From Lingula anatina (Eukaryota; Animalia; Brachiopoda), in the NCBI GenBank assembly GCA_051362555.1, contig CM120645.1:20770001-20834000 (forward strand): a stretch of DNA of 64,000 nt, in the 5' to 3' direction. The notes beneath the pieces are model-generated. The model was not told where the DNA came from and made no database searches. It saw only the letters and a list, made by a program, of their open reading frames with translations. A program made the translations under genes and the position numbers. Below, one piece after another: positions 28,105 to 40,520 of the stretch (positions within the stretch are counted from its first letter, which is position 1; each line of letters starts with the position of its first letter).

Positions 28105-31100
28105 AATTATGATCTTACAGGGGACAGCTCATGGAGGATGTCTCGAACCACTCTCCAGGGAAGAATAAACTTCGGAAGATGAGGATTCATAAAGAGCGAT
28201 GTTACTTTCATCAACAATAGCTGAAATGAAATTGTGAACACAACATAACATGGCTAGGCTCAGTTTTTACTGAAATAGATGGCTTCTAACATGCCCTCAC
28301 TGATTTGCTTTCTTGTGATTAAAACACATCAATCATTTTTCATTTTGAAAATGCAAAATTCAAATGCTTACTTATTCTTACAAAATTTTTAAAATGAAGA
28401 TTTTTACACTATGACCTTTAAAATTTATTTCCCCTGTAACGACTTGTTTTACAAATAAAACAGAACTAAAATCACTATAGTTATCATCATAACTGTTATC
28501 ATCATCATCATTCTCAAAGTACCAATAATCAGAAGACTACAATGAATTCTGTAACATACCATACTATCTTCCTGTGCAGTCCACAACACTCTGAGACGAT
28601 TCATTCTTTGAGCAGCTAAAACATCAGCTTCATCTATCTTCTTTTCCTTCCTTCTTCTCTTTACTATAAAAACCAACAACAAATTTTACTTTCCCATTTA
28701 CTTTTCAAAAATGAAGTGCTTTTTTTCCACAAAATATTATGTTACCTTTTCAGTTTCCAATTGTAATTTTAACATTATCTTTCCCCGTTTCTTGATTTTG
28801 AGTTGTTCATAAAGATTTAACAGGATCATTTCTAGATCCCAAGAAAACATAAAGCATTGAAATCACTGCAAATATCACAAAAATAAGTATACACATTATA
28901 TTACTTTTAACCCTTCTGCTTTCAATTTCCTCCCTCTTTTTCTTGACTTCTGGACCTTCCCCTAGAAAAACAACAGCATTATCTCATACACATACACACA
29001 TATATATATAATAATCTCAGAGATATATCCTAAATATTTTAGGACTTGTCATGAAGGCTTCAGCACTTCGATGATGTAGCAATCATTTATTGACAAATAT
29101 TTTAAGTCCAGACTTAGATTTGAACGACATCAAGGATATCACATATAAAGACAATTTACAAAGGAATTCAGAGAAAAAATTCAAAGACATCTAAGCAAAA
29201 TGAATTCTGAAAAAAATATTTTGCAAAAATCTTAAAAAATTTCAGCACTAAAGCAAATAGGCACTTTCCTTGAAATACACAGATAATGACCAGAAAATAG
29301 TTCCCCACCTTTCCTTGCCAAGCCTTTCCTCTTCATGCCCCTCCCGCCCTTGGTCAGTTTTATGTCCTTGGTGCTCTTGACCTCTATTGGGACAGTGTAC
29401 ACCTTGGACCCAGGGGCCAGATCCTGGGGGGCTGACAGTAAGAAACAAAAAAAAACACACAGTGTCACACACACAGGTTATATTTGTTGCATATCTGTGA
29501 TGTATGGGAGAGGAAAGTCTGGTTAAGTTTGTGAAGAATTTTAGTTACTAATAGGCAATGAACGTAAGTTTGGGTTAATACCGAAGAAAAAATGTCCCCC
29601 TCTGGAGATTTATTCCCGTTTGAGATTAATGGCTGTCTGAGTATTTGAAGTTACTAGTTATATGGAGTATTTTACATCTGCATTTCACAAACAATACATA
29701 TAAATGATAAGTTGGCAAAGAAGTAACAAAAATCCGTTGTAGGTCTGTTTTCTAATCTAAATTTGAATCTAAGGCTGTATTCCCAGAGCTTTTAGATCGA
29801 TCTATCCCCACGGGGAGTCTCACTAGATTACTGTCAGATAATCCGGCTTAAATGTCCGTCCCGCCTACTACAAGCAGTAAGGGGGTAATTAACTTTCGTG
29901 TCTGCTCGGCTGACAGCTATTTAGCGTGACCCCCAGGGAGTTAGGTCGATGTAAAGTAGATCGATCTAATCTCTGGGAATGGGGTCTAAGATTTTCACTT
30001 TGTCTATCATAGGTGTATGTGTACATGTTGCTAGACTTACAGTCTAAATAATTGAAAACTATAATAATTACTTTTATACATTGTAAGCCACTAAAATATC
30101 TGTAAAATAAGTCCAATACCTGTGTTGTGTGTTGAAGATTGCCCTGTAGGAGACAAAACTAAAAACTTCTGCCTTGTCATTCCAGCACTACTGGCCTCTG
30201 CGAGTTCTGTTCTTTGGGTCAAGCGACGGAGACGACCCTTTTTTACTAAAAATGTGAATAATACTTTTTTCACAATTAAGTCTCAATAATAATTTTTTTT
30301 TTTTTTTTTTTTTTTGCCAGCAGGTCTCAGAAAAATAGAATTCTGAATCAAAATCAACAAGTTCCAAGATTAAATCTACAAAATTTTAAAAAACAAAAAA
30401 GGTAGTCTAGGAAAATCTTTCAATTTGCTATTTGCTGAGCTGGGCTAGTAACTTTGAAATATCCATTTTTTTACTAGTCAGACACCAAATCTTTCTGTTC
30501 TTAGGACTCACATTTTTGGTCACTACTTTTCTTCCAGTGTTGCAGCAGAAATTTATCTTGGTCTAAGTGACTGTACAGTTTCTCAGCCCCTGCCTTCCAC
30601 TGCCAGTTCTTCCTCAAATGTCTGGCAAGAGAATGGAAAGAAGAAGAAATTAATTTCTCACTATTTATTCATTCATTTGTTTAATTAACTCATTTATTTC
30701 TAAATATCTAAAATCATTTATTATTCCCTTAGTCATTCATTCATTCATTCATTCACTCATCTATTCATCTGTCTGGTTATTTGCATCTGTCAAAAGAAAT
30801 CAGAAGTTAATAATCATAATTATTATAAGTTGTATTAAGTAAATCATTCATAATTTTTCAGTTAATTTTTAGAAGCTACTTACAGATACTATATAAAATT
30901 TAATGTGAAAACTCACGCCATCAAACTAGCATCAAATCCAGCAGCCCCGTTTACATTCCCCATGGGTTTTCCCTCCTCGGGCTCGTTACCAGGCACTGCA
31001 AAAGTTGCCGATTTAATCAGCCCCCTGAACATGTCATAGATACGTGGCCTTGTTACTTCTTCTGGAAATTTCTGATATACTTTCCCTGAAAAATGTACAA

Positions 31101-34100
31101 TAGTTGCAAAAAGGTGCAGATTTGATCACTGCTGCACTATAATAAGTTAACATAGACACGTTACAAGTGATATGATTTTATTCAATATTTTGGTAAGCTT
31201 GCAGTAAAAAAAAATTCTGACCATGTTAAAGCATGACATTGCCTTTCGATCTTAGCACTTTCATGCTCTTTATATTTATCAAAATTATCACTGAGATACT
31301 GCTATAAGAACAATGATATTATACTTCAGCTGATCAGCAAACCAGAATCCCTTGAGTTTGAGTTTATGTATCTTACCACATGGGCATCACGACTATTTCA
31401 AAAATATAATATATAAACAAAATATATCACAAAATCACCTAACGGGGTGTCCCCACATATGAGCAAGAGGTCCACCCAGTACTGCTCAATATCTTCAGAA
31501 TTCTTGAACTCGTATTCTCTGACTGGATAATCTCTCCCCGTCTCGATCATACTGTAACCTGGGGCCGACTCCCTGGTGTCCAAGAGACCGACCTTCTTGT
31601 ACATGTAGGTGAATTGCTGGAAAGAAATTGACCAATTAAGATGACCCCTTTAAATGACCCACTCTTAAGCAAATTGGTGGACTAAAGATGTTTTTTTTTT
31701 TTTTTTTTTTTTTTTTTTTGTATAAATAATAATTTATTTTGTATAAATAATAATTTCGATAATTTCGATAAGGTGGGAAGCTAAATTAAATCTTCTGAAT
31801 ACACTTTCGTCTACTGAAAATCAAACAACCTACCCAATCCTTCTCTTTCATTTTTTTATTCTCAGCAAAGGAGAGTAACCCCATCACAGCCAGAGTTTCC
31901 AGGACTTCATGAAAACAGAACAAGAAACGTCTGCCATACAACAACTCTTTGACAATCTGAGTTGGTAGATGCCGCACAAGATAAAACTTTTTCACTGGAT
32001 CTTGTAAGATTTCCAATAACCCATTTATCTGGAAAAAAAGTAGTGACTTTAAAAACAACTTGGATTTTTCAAACTGCGTTGATAACATTTATTGTGTATT
32101 AAGTATTTAATTTTCACCAAATATCCTACAAATAAAAAGTCAATTATTTATAAACAGACATGTTTTTCGCTGTGATGCTAGTCATTATGATTCTTCGTCC
32201 AAGCCCACATTGATGAATCGGTCATGTGATCAAGTCTCAGTCATGTGATCAAGTCTCAGTCATGTGAACAAAGCTCTGATGACGGGTGGAAATGCTTATT
32301 TAATGGTGGAACAACTTATAACATGAGCAAAAAGGTTCATTAGCTTGGTTGTTGGATAAATATGAAAATTCTCAGACACAAGCCTAAAATTTTCCGTACC
32401 GTTACCTTATTGTAAAGGAATTTCAGAGAAAGTGTGCAGGATCTACAAGAAGCACAGTGTCAACACAGCTTTTAGACCTCAGTGCACATTGAAACAACAC
32501 CTAGTGGCACCAAAGGACAAAACCCCCCAAGATCACCGTTGTGGGACAATATACAGGATCAATTGCCATGACTGTAATTCCTTTTACATTGGTGAGACAG
32601 GTAGACAGTTGAAGATCAGGGTGAGTGAACACAGGAAATCAGTGACTGTAGGCAATACCAGCTCTGCCATTTCTGAACATGTAATAGACACCGGCCACAG
32701 TATAGATTGGAATTCAACTAAGATTCTTGAATCTGAATCATCCGACATCCCGCGAAAAATACGAGAGGCTATCCACATCAGCCGACACCAGCCACCCATG
32801 AATAGGGACGGGGGGGTTGATCTACCTGACATTTATAAGAGGGTCCTGGCCGCTATACCATCTAGCGGTCAGTGAGTGTGAACAACTACTCACGTCAGTC
32901 TGATGAAGGCCTTCGACCAGGTTGGCCGTAAGCTAACGGTACGGAAAATTTTAGGCTTGTGTCTGAGAATTTTCATATTTAACTTATAACATATTTACAA
33001 AAAAACCTTATCAAATCAAATATCCAAACAAAATTGCTTGAATCTTATATCTAACATTACAATTGTCTTGGAATCAGTTTTTTTTCTTGCAAATTTATTG
33101 TAAAATAAGAAATGTGACTTTTTCAATGAACTAACCCTGCATGGTGAGCATGCTGAGTCTTATCAAATATCAATCTGGGAGTTAACTTTCCAATTATCTT
33201 ACTATCAATTGTAAGTAAACTACAAAAAAAAAATTAGGTAAGTATTTCAAGGAACTTACTCTGTATGGTAAGCTGATGATGTGGCAAAACATGCAGACAG
33301 GCATAGAGAACAAGACATCACTAACAAGGAACCATCCTTTTCCATACCCTGTGAATAAAATGAAAATATGTAGCCAAAATTGTGAAAAGAAAATATTACA
33401 ATAAAACACGATAAAGCAAAAATTCAAGGTCATTTAAAGAGAGTCATTTCTTCAACATTTTATGAAATATTTCACCCCATTTTTATGTTTATTTTGAAAA
33501 TTAAAAAGAAATACTGCCAGCATGAAATTGTGTAAAGGTAAACAAATCAACACTAAGAACAGCCAATTGCTGTTACAGTAAGAATGCGCACAAGTTTGAG
33601 AGAAAGAATTCTTAATCTAGATATTATATATTTTTATTTATTTTTAATTGCATACCAAGATGCTTAGGCAGAGGAGGTAAATACCGTCTCCATGACAACT
33701 CATCTAAGTAAACAACAGCTTCGTTGCCTGGTGATATTCCTTCATCATCAGCAACCAGGACTTCACTTATTTCTGGCTCTACTTCATCAATATTTTCCTA
33801 ATAATCAACGAAAAGCCACACAAAAATTCAGTGATAATTATTTTCCTACTTGTCTAATTTTGCTACCTGAACAAGTTACTTATTATTATTTTGTGCATGC
33901 TTTATTTGACAACATTTCTACATTTGTATTACATACACTATCTTTTAAAATACAAAATCATATGGTACCGAATTTGCATAAAATATTCTTTCTTTATCTA
34001 CTGTGCCTTACAGACCATTATTATGCTATATGAAAATAAATTTTGAAAGGCAAAACAATCAATCTAATCTCATGAATATCAAACGCATAAATTAATTAAA

Positions 34101-36491
34101 ATAAAAAAATATCTGAACTATTTCTATTATTATTACTCAAAGTAAGAGAAAATATGAAATTGAACTAATACAAAATGAGTAAATGATCTTAGCATACAGG
34201 TAATAATGCAAAAAAACTCACTCCTTTTGACACTGTATTCTCCTCCAAATCCTCGGTTGAAGTTGAAGGCACAGGTGATGTATTTCCAGGAGCATTTGCT
34301 TCTTTCTCGGGAATTTTTCCTTTATATTCATATATAAGGTACCACAGTAGCTTATGGACTATCTCAGCTTTTTTGAACTTGGGTTGGAGACCATAAGATC
34401 TGGTGGCTTTCTGATAATAACAAAAAAATTAATTTTATGAACATAATAAATGAAGTGGTGAGTATGATAATGACAGTTTGTCAAGTGTTTATCATTAGTA
34501 TCATGTGTTCTAAAAGTCAACAACTTTCCTTTAATAACTAGGGTATACCATAACTAAAACTGTTGAGAAAATTTTAATTCATGAAGCTCTTTTTGAGTAC
34601 CAAATCTCAATTTTTCTTTTTTTTTTTCTACTGGCCGATTGGCTCTGACCAGTGGATAATGTTGCTCTGACCAGTGGATAATGTTGCCTACTGTACTCAC
34701 TGCATCATACTGCAGATCTCCTGGCTTTAGCTTCCCAGCAAGGACCTTAAGCTTTTTAATGGACTGTTTGACGTCTGCTTCCTTCCCCTTTTCTCCACTC
34801 TGAGTACAGACAAAAATATTTAAAAAACTGAAATTCAGAAATTAAAAGACACACACTTTTCATGAAGATTATCCCATTTCAGGTTGAAAAGATAAATGGC
34901 TGCATGGACGAACAGACAGACAGACAGACAGACAGAAAGAGAGAGAGAGAAAATGTTTTCATTCATTTCTGGACAAGTTTGAGTCACTGAAAAGAAGAAA
35001 CCACTTTGTCACACTTCCGGAAGACACCTATGGACAACCATTATCAATCCATTAGCAAACTTGGGAACAAAATTAAGCTTCAATACTATGTGTTTGTAAT
35101 AGTGTGATGGGTAATAGGCTTATCTTTTGTAAATAAAATAATGGAATATGTAAAACTTAAAGATTAATTTAATTACTCCTAATCCTCCTGACCTTATTTT
35201 CCAAGTCCTTCAATTTTGATTGTACAGTCTGTGCGCGTATTGAAGCCTTGGCCGAGTCCTTGCCCACAGCAAGATGAACCATCTTGGCTTTGTTGATCAC
35301 ACTCCGCACCAGGGGGTCGTCTGCTGTGAGCTCAGGGGTCATGAGCAGGTGATACTGAAAATATGCAATCGAGAGTCACAAAAGCAAAACTAAACCCCAA
35401 GATTAGTATCATGATTAAAAGGCACTTTGTGTAACTTATGCTTTCATAACCTTTGTACCAACATTTTAAGTATTATCAACAAAAAAAATTTTCAGGTGAA
35501 AATTTGTTGAGAAATCACTAAAAACATCCTCCTCAGTTAGACAAACTATCTTCGATAATTTACACGGTTGTCGGTAAGCAGTTAGATGATTTCCCAAACA
35601 AATTACAAAGCCAATCACAAATAAACAAATGAAAAACTTCCAGCAGTAGAAAGGTGATTAGCAAAGAAAGGATGTAGCAGGCTTCTTTAATCTTTAGAAT
35701 TTTCAGTAGGTTATTTTCCTGGAACAGACAAACAGACTTACCTCTTTTTCACGGCCGAGATGTTTTATAACAGTTTTCAATTGCTTGATTTTGCTTTCCT
35801 TCGCCAACTGGTCCAAAAGTCTTTTAACAGTCCTTCTGTCAACTTCCGTGGCGATTCCAGCTTTTCGTTCCTCTGATTTTATATACTGGAAAAGAAAGTT
35901 GGAAAGCATGTTTAAAATTTATGAGAAAATCATATATGTTCACCACTGTGCCAGTGAGTACATTGCAAGATCATCCTATTCACGGTTCAGTGACACCTGT
36001 CAAACAAAATCAAATTAATAATGGCAGCTTTTTCTGAATCATTTTCATAATCCTTTAAATGTCTTCCTCATCTAATAGTTATAACTCATTAGAGGGTTTC
36101 TCAATACGGTTTCAAGGTGACATGTTTTTTTGATAAAAAATAGAATTCTAAAGTTGTACTAACTGCAAAGCAATTTAACAAAATATCAAAATACAAGTTT
36201 CTTTGAAATACAAAAAAAAAAAAACAATAATAACATTGCCAATTCAAAAATTACAATGGTTATCGTGTCAAAAAGCATTTACCTTTATCACATTGATGAA
36301 AACTACAACTTTCTCTGCCTGCACATAGTTTAGAATATACTGTCTTCTTTTAAGAACCCGCTCAGTAAAATCTAAAACAAAAACAAATATGGAACAAACT
36401 ACATTATTCATTTTCCTCATGACAACAACAAGTATTCAAATAATATTATAATGAAAATTGACATTATGAAACCTTTTCAATTTCATGACAG

Positions 36492-36531
<40 letters not shown>

Positions 36532-36602
36532 AAGAATTTGTCATTTTCATTTCTGTAGTAACACAGATAATGTAACAGTTGTGTTTAAACACCTTTAAAT
36601 TA

Positions 36603-36633
<31 letters not shown>

Positions 36634-38375
36634 CAACAAAAAGAGGAAAACTGACGTACCAGTTCTGCTTTGTTTTCTCTTTCCCTCCGGATTGGCATCA
36701 GTATGTTTTATGTCGACAAAAGACTTCTCATCACCCACACTAGTGCTGGCAGTCACAGTGCTATCATCTGCTGTAGTGTTCATCGTCATATCCATTGTAC
36801 TGTCCAGTTCTTCTCTGGATACATTTTCACTGGGGTGTGTCGATTCTTCTGCATTATCTATAATAAAACAAAGAAAAACACAATGACTGCAATAATTATG
36901 GGGGGTTTTGTTGTCTCCACTACATCATCTATCATACAGCAATTAATATATTTTAATGATTAAGATATTATGATGATTGGGAAATTGTGGCTGATTCTTG
37001 AACATCGGTTATTTCCCATATACTACCTGTTTGTTGCAAAACACTGAGGTGTTTTCTTTTTCATCTGCAATACCAGATTCAGCTTTTATTGCGAAAATAT
37101 GTATTGATCTTGACTGGTAGGCAATGATAATAAATTTTCTTGACATTGGTCTCGCAAACACCTTTAATTCCATACCTTTACTCCCTTCTTCGTCAGGTGG
37201 TTCATATTTAACGGCAGTTTTCAGCTTTTTCTGCTCATGATACTGTTCTTTATAGACATTTGAAACAAACCTATAAAAAAGACACATTACAGCAAAGGGA
37301 AATTTGAGGCCAGTTTGGAAACCCACAAATATAAATATGCAGTTTGTTTGAAAATTTTATGGATCTAATTTTTCAGGCCTAATCATTACATGAATGGTAC
37401 CATTCATTATTATTCATTGTTAATTGTGAATCTATATCATTTCTTTTAATAGAGGGACATTACAACAAATGCGGCCTTCATCTGCCAAATTTTGAAACAA
37501 TACTGTTTGTCCTTTTTATTAGTATTTGTCAGATAAAGTGTTCATTTAGAAGGACGAGACACAGAGCATTACTGTAAAATTCACCTCTCTTTGAGACCAA
37601 AAGAATAGTAAAAGATTTCTATATTTTGGACAGACTCATATGTCTAGTTATTTAAGGATATGTGTCAAAAAGCAAGTCTATTGCCAAGTCAGTAGTACTC
37701 ACATATTCTTCTTGGTTTTCTGAACTTCAACAAAATAGCCAAAGATGAGCTGAAAAAAAATTTAAATTATCCTCATAATTATAATCCATTTCAAATTAGT
37801 TATAAAAAATTTTGAACTAAGATTAGATAAAAGTTATTAAATCATTTAGGATCTCACTGGCATCCGGGTTTCAATTGCAAATGGAGAGAGCTAATTTGCC
37901 GTTGCCTTGGTGTAAAAATCACTAATCAAAATTAGACTACATCTATTTCAATACGCTGAATCCTTTACTCTCATCTGACATGAACAAAACATGCTGAAGC
38001 AATAACAGTAGTTTTATTTGCACTAGCTGTAATTTGATTTAAAAACAATTTAATTTTGTAGGAGTGACGGCAGTTATCTTACCTCCTTTTTCACGAGGGC
38101 TTTAAGGAGAGCCCTGGCCTCAATTTGTGGAATTCCTAGCTCACTGGACACCTGTTTAACACTGATGCCTTCCAAGCCCCTGGACAGGATCAGTCTGTAG
38201 GCTATATGAAGCATTGATCTCTCCAGAACTTCCTCAGCCAGTGGGGAGAGTTGTGTCGCTGAAGCTGGAAGAGGAGCAGAGTAGATGTGCTAGGATTAGA
38301 GCAAGAACTTGTTCACATCACATGGTACAGTTTTCTGTGTTGCTTTGACCCGAACACATGAACACACTATGGATG

Positions 38376-38434
<59 letters not shown>

Positions 38435-40466
38435 GGAATCAATCTTTTTTTTTTTTACTCCATTTTTCATGCTCCCATTTTTTTTTATTATCTGGTAAAC
38501 TGGCTCTTTTTAGGTGTCTCTCATATGCAACAACCAGGCTATTAAGTTGTCAAACTTGTTGAATAAAAAAAAAAACTGTACCATTGAATGTAAAATGGAC
38601 CTTAGTAAAATAAATATTCTACTGTAGGCAAATGCACTACATATTCTAAAAATTGTAAAACAGTGGTTATGTACAGTACAAAATGGAAATTCGTGTGAAT
38701 AAAGTTACAAACAATAATATACCACATAAGAATAACATCAACCCTTCAGGAAAACAAACATGCTATTTTCACCTAAAACATATTACCTTCAACTTCTGGT
38801 TCCTCTGCATCATCTTCCTCCTCTTCCTCCACCTTCAGGGGTTTCACCAGGGTATAGATCCTCACAGACTTCTCCACCCTGAAACATATTAGTAAAAAAT
38901 TCTCTACTTTTTTTTTTTTTTTGCATATCTCAAAAAAAAATACAGATCTCAACAAAAAAATATAAAGTTGATAACTAACTAAATAAAAATCACTCTCACT
39001 CACTCTCTCACTCACTCACTCACTCACTCACTCACAAAGAGACACTCAGTCATTTGCAATATATATTTATATATAGGTACTGTATCATTTACAATATGTG
39101 TCAACAACAATATATTGATAACCTAATAGTAAAATACTTGATAATACTTTATAAATAATATGATCTAATACAGATAAAAACTAATATGTGTTTTAAAAAA
39201 TTCCTTATCTTAATCCAAATTATTTTATTTAGCAGTTACTGGTTAACTTTTTTCGCACAAGGGGTGGACCTAAATTTAAATTGGAATATCATATCCCACA
39301 AACAGGCTATATGTCCCTCTAGCTAGCAGCAGACTTGTGTAACTCTGCAGCGTCCCTGTGTCACACTGATTAAAAGTTTTAAAAAATGTCTAATTTCAAG
39401 AAATTAACAATTTTGTATGTCCCACGAAATCTCATATTGCTTGAAAAAAGTAAGAAAATTGATATATAAATAAGCTGTTAAAAGAGTAAAAAGGAGTCAT
39501 GTAACAGTTACAAGAAAGACAGGAAGAGAGTTTCAGGGTTGGAGACATCAAGACATGCTGCTAAAACTATAACTGGGCGTTATGGGTGCCAGTTCCATCT
39601 GAAACAAAAAAATAATAAAATATCATGAATGTGACCACATAAAAGTTGGTTAAAAGTACTGAGACTCTTACATTTTATTTTTGGCCATGTATTCTTCTTC
39701 CGTGGCTTCAGGATAAACATCACGGTAAGGTACGAGTTTTGATTTGATGTAGTTACTGCAAAATTTCCAAAAGGTTCTGGTTCCAGCTTCATCCAAATTC
39801 TGAAAGTTTTCAGGAGACCATTTATTTCAAATGATACAGAGCATTTTATTAATTAAATGATAAAACATTACAAGAGACTTTAGTCTTTGGTTTTTAGAGT
39901 TTAAATATATACATTATACTGACTGATATGATTATGAAATCATTATAATAGTTATCATCAAAAAAAATACAAACCAATTTCTCAATGAGTACTGAGGTGA
40001 CCTCCCAATTCCCTGGTTTAGCCTCCAGGTAGGCTGCAGCACTCTCCAAGATAACCTGAGACCTGGGTTTGTGTAGTTGGTAAAATCTCTTCAAGTGGAA
40101 CAGGCGGCCATTGTTAATACGGCCTCCAGGGCATTTTTCCAGATAGCCCTTAAAAATGGTAAATTAAATTTAAAAATATTAAATTATATACGTTTCCATG
40201 CCCTGTGCTTTTTTAAAGATACCCATGCAAAACCATTCAGCCATTCAATGAACTTTTTTCATCATGTGTTCTATTTGTACAAATGGTTTGTCTCCATTTG
40301 AATGTTACACAACATCACCAATCATTAAGTTCCATTGCATACACTGCTAACACACACACACACAAACACACACACACACGCACATCTCAAAATGAACCAC
40401 ATCTCTGAAAACGCCAGCAGAAACAATAATCATTAAAATATCTGTACTTGCATCATATGCAAGCGT

Positions 40467-40520
<54 letters not shown>

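Larger units (their letters stand above)
32325..32980 (+). mobile_element. 5'-truncated Penelope-like retroelement with inverted pLTR copy, in GTF3C1 intron 19
   Basis: 12-bp TSD AACTTATAACAT (32313-32324 and 32981-32992); 47-bp perfect inverted repeat 32358-32404 / 32934-32980; GIY-YIG ORF remnant; hammerhead-like motif. Confidence 0.9.

Noticed and set aside
39480-39598. Acceptor-like TTTCAG suggesting an extra GTF3C1 exon
   Set aside because: A stop appears within six codons in the required phase, no clear donor follows, and exons 7 and 8 already join in frame
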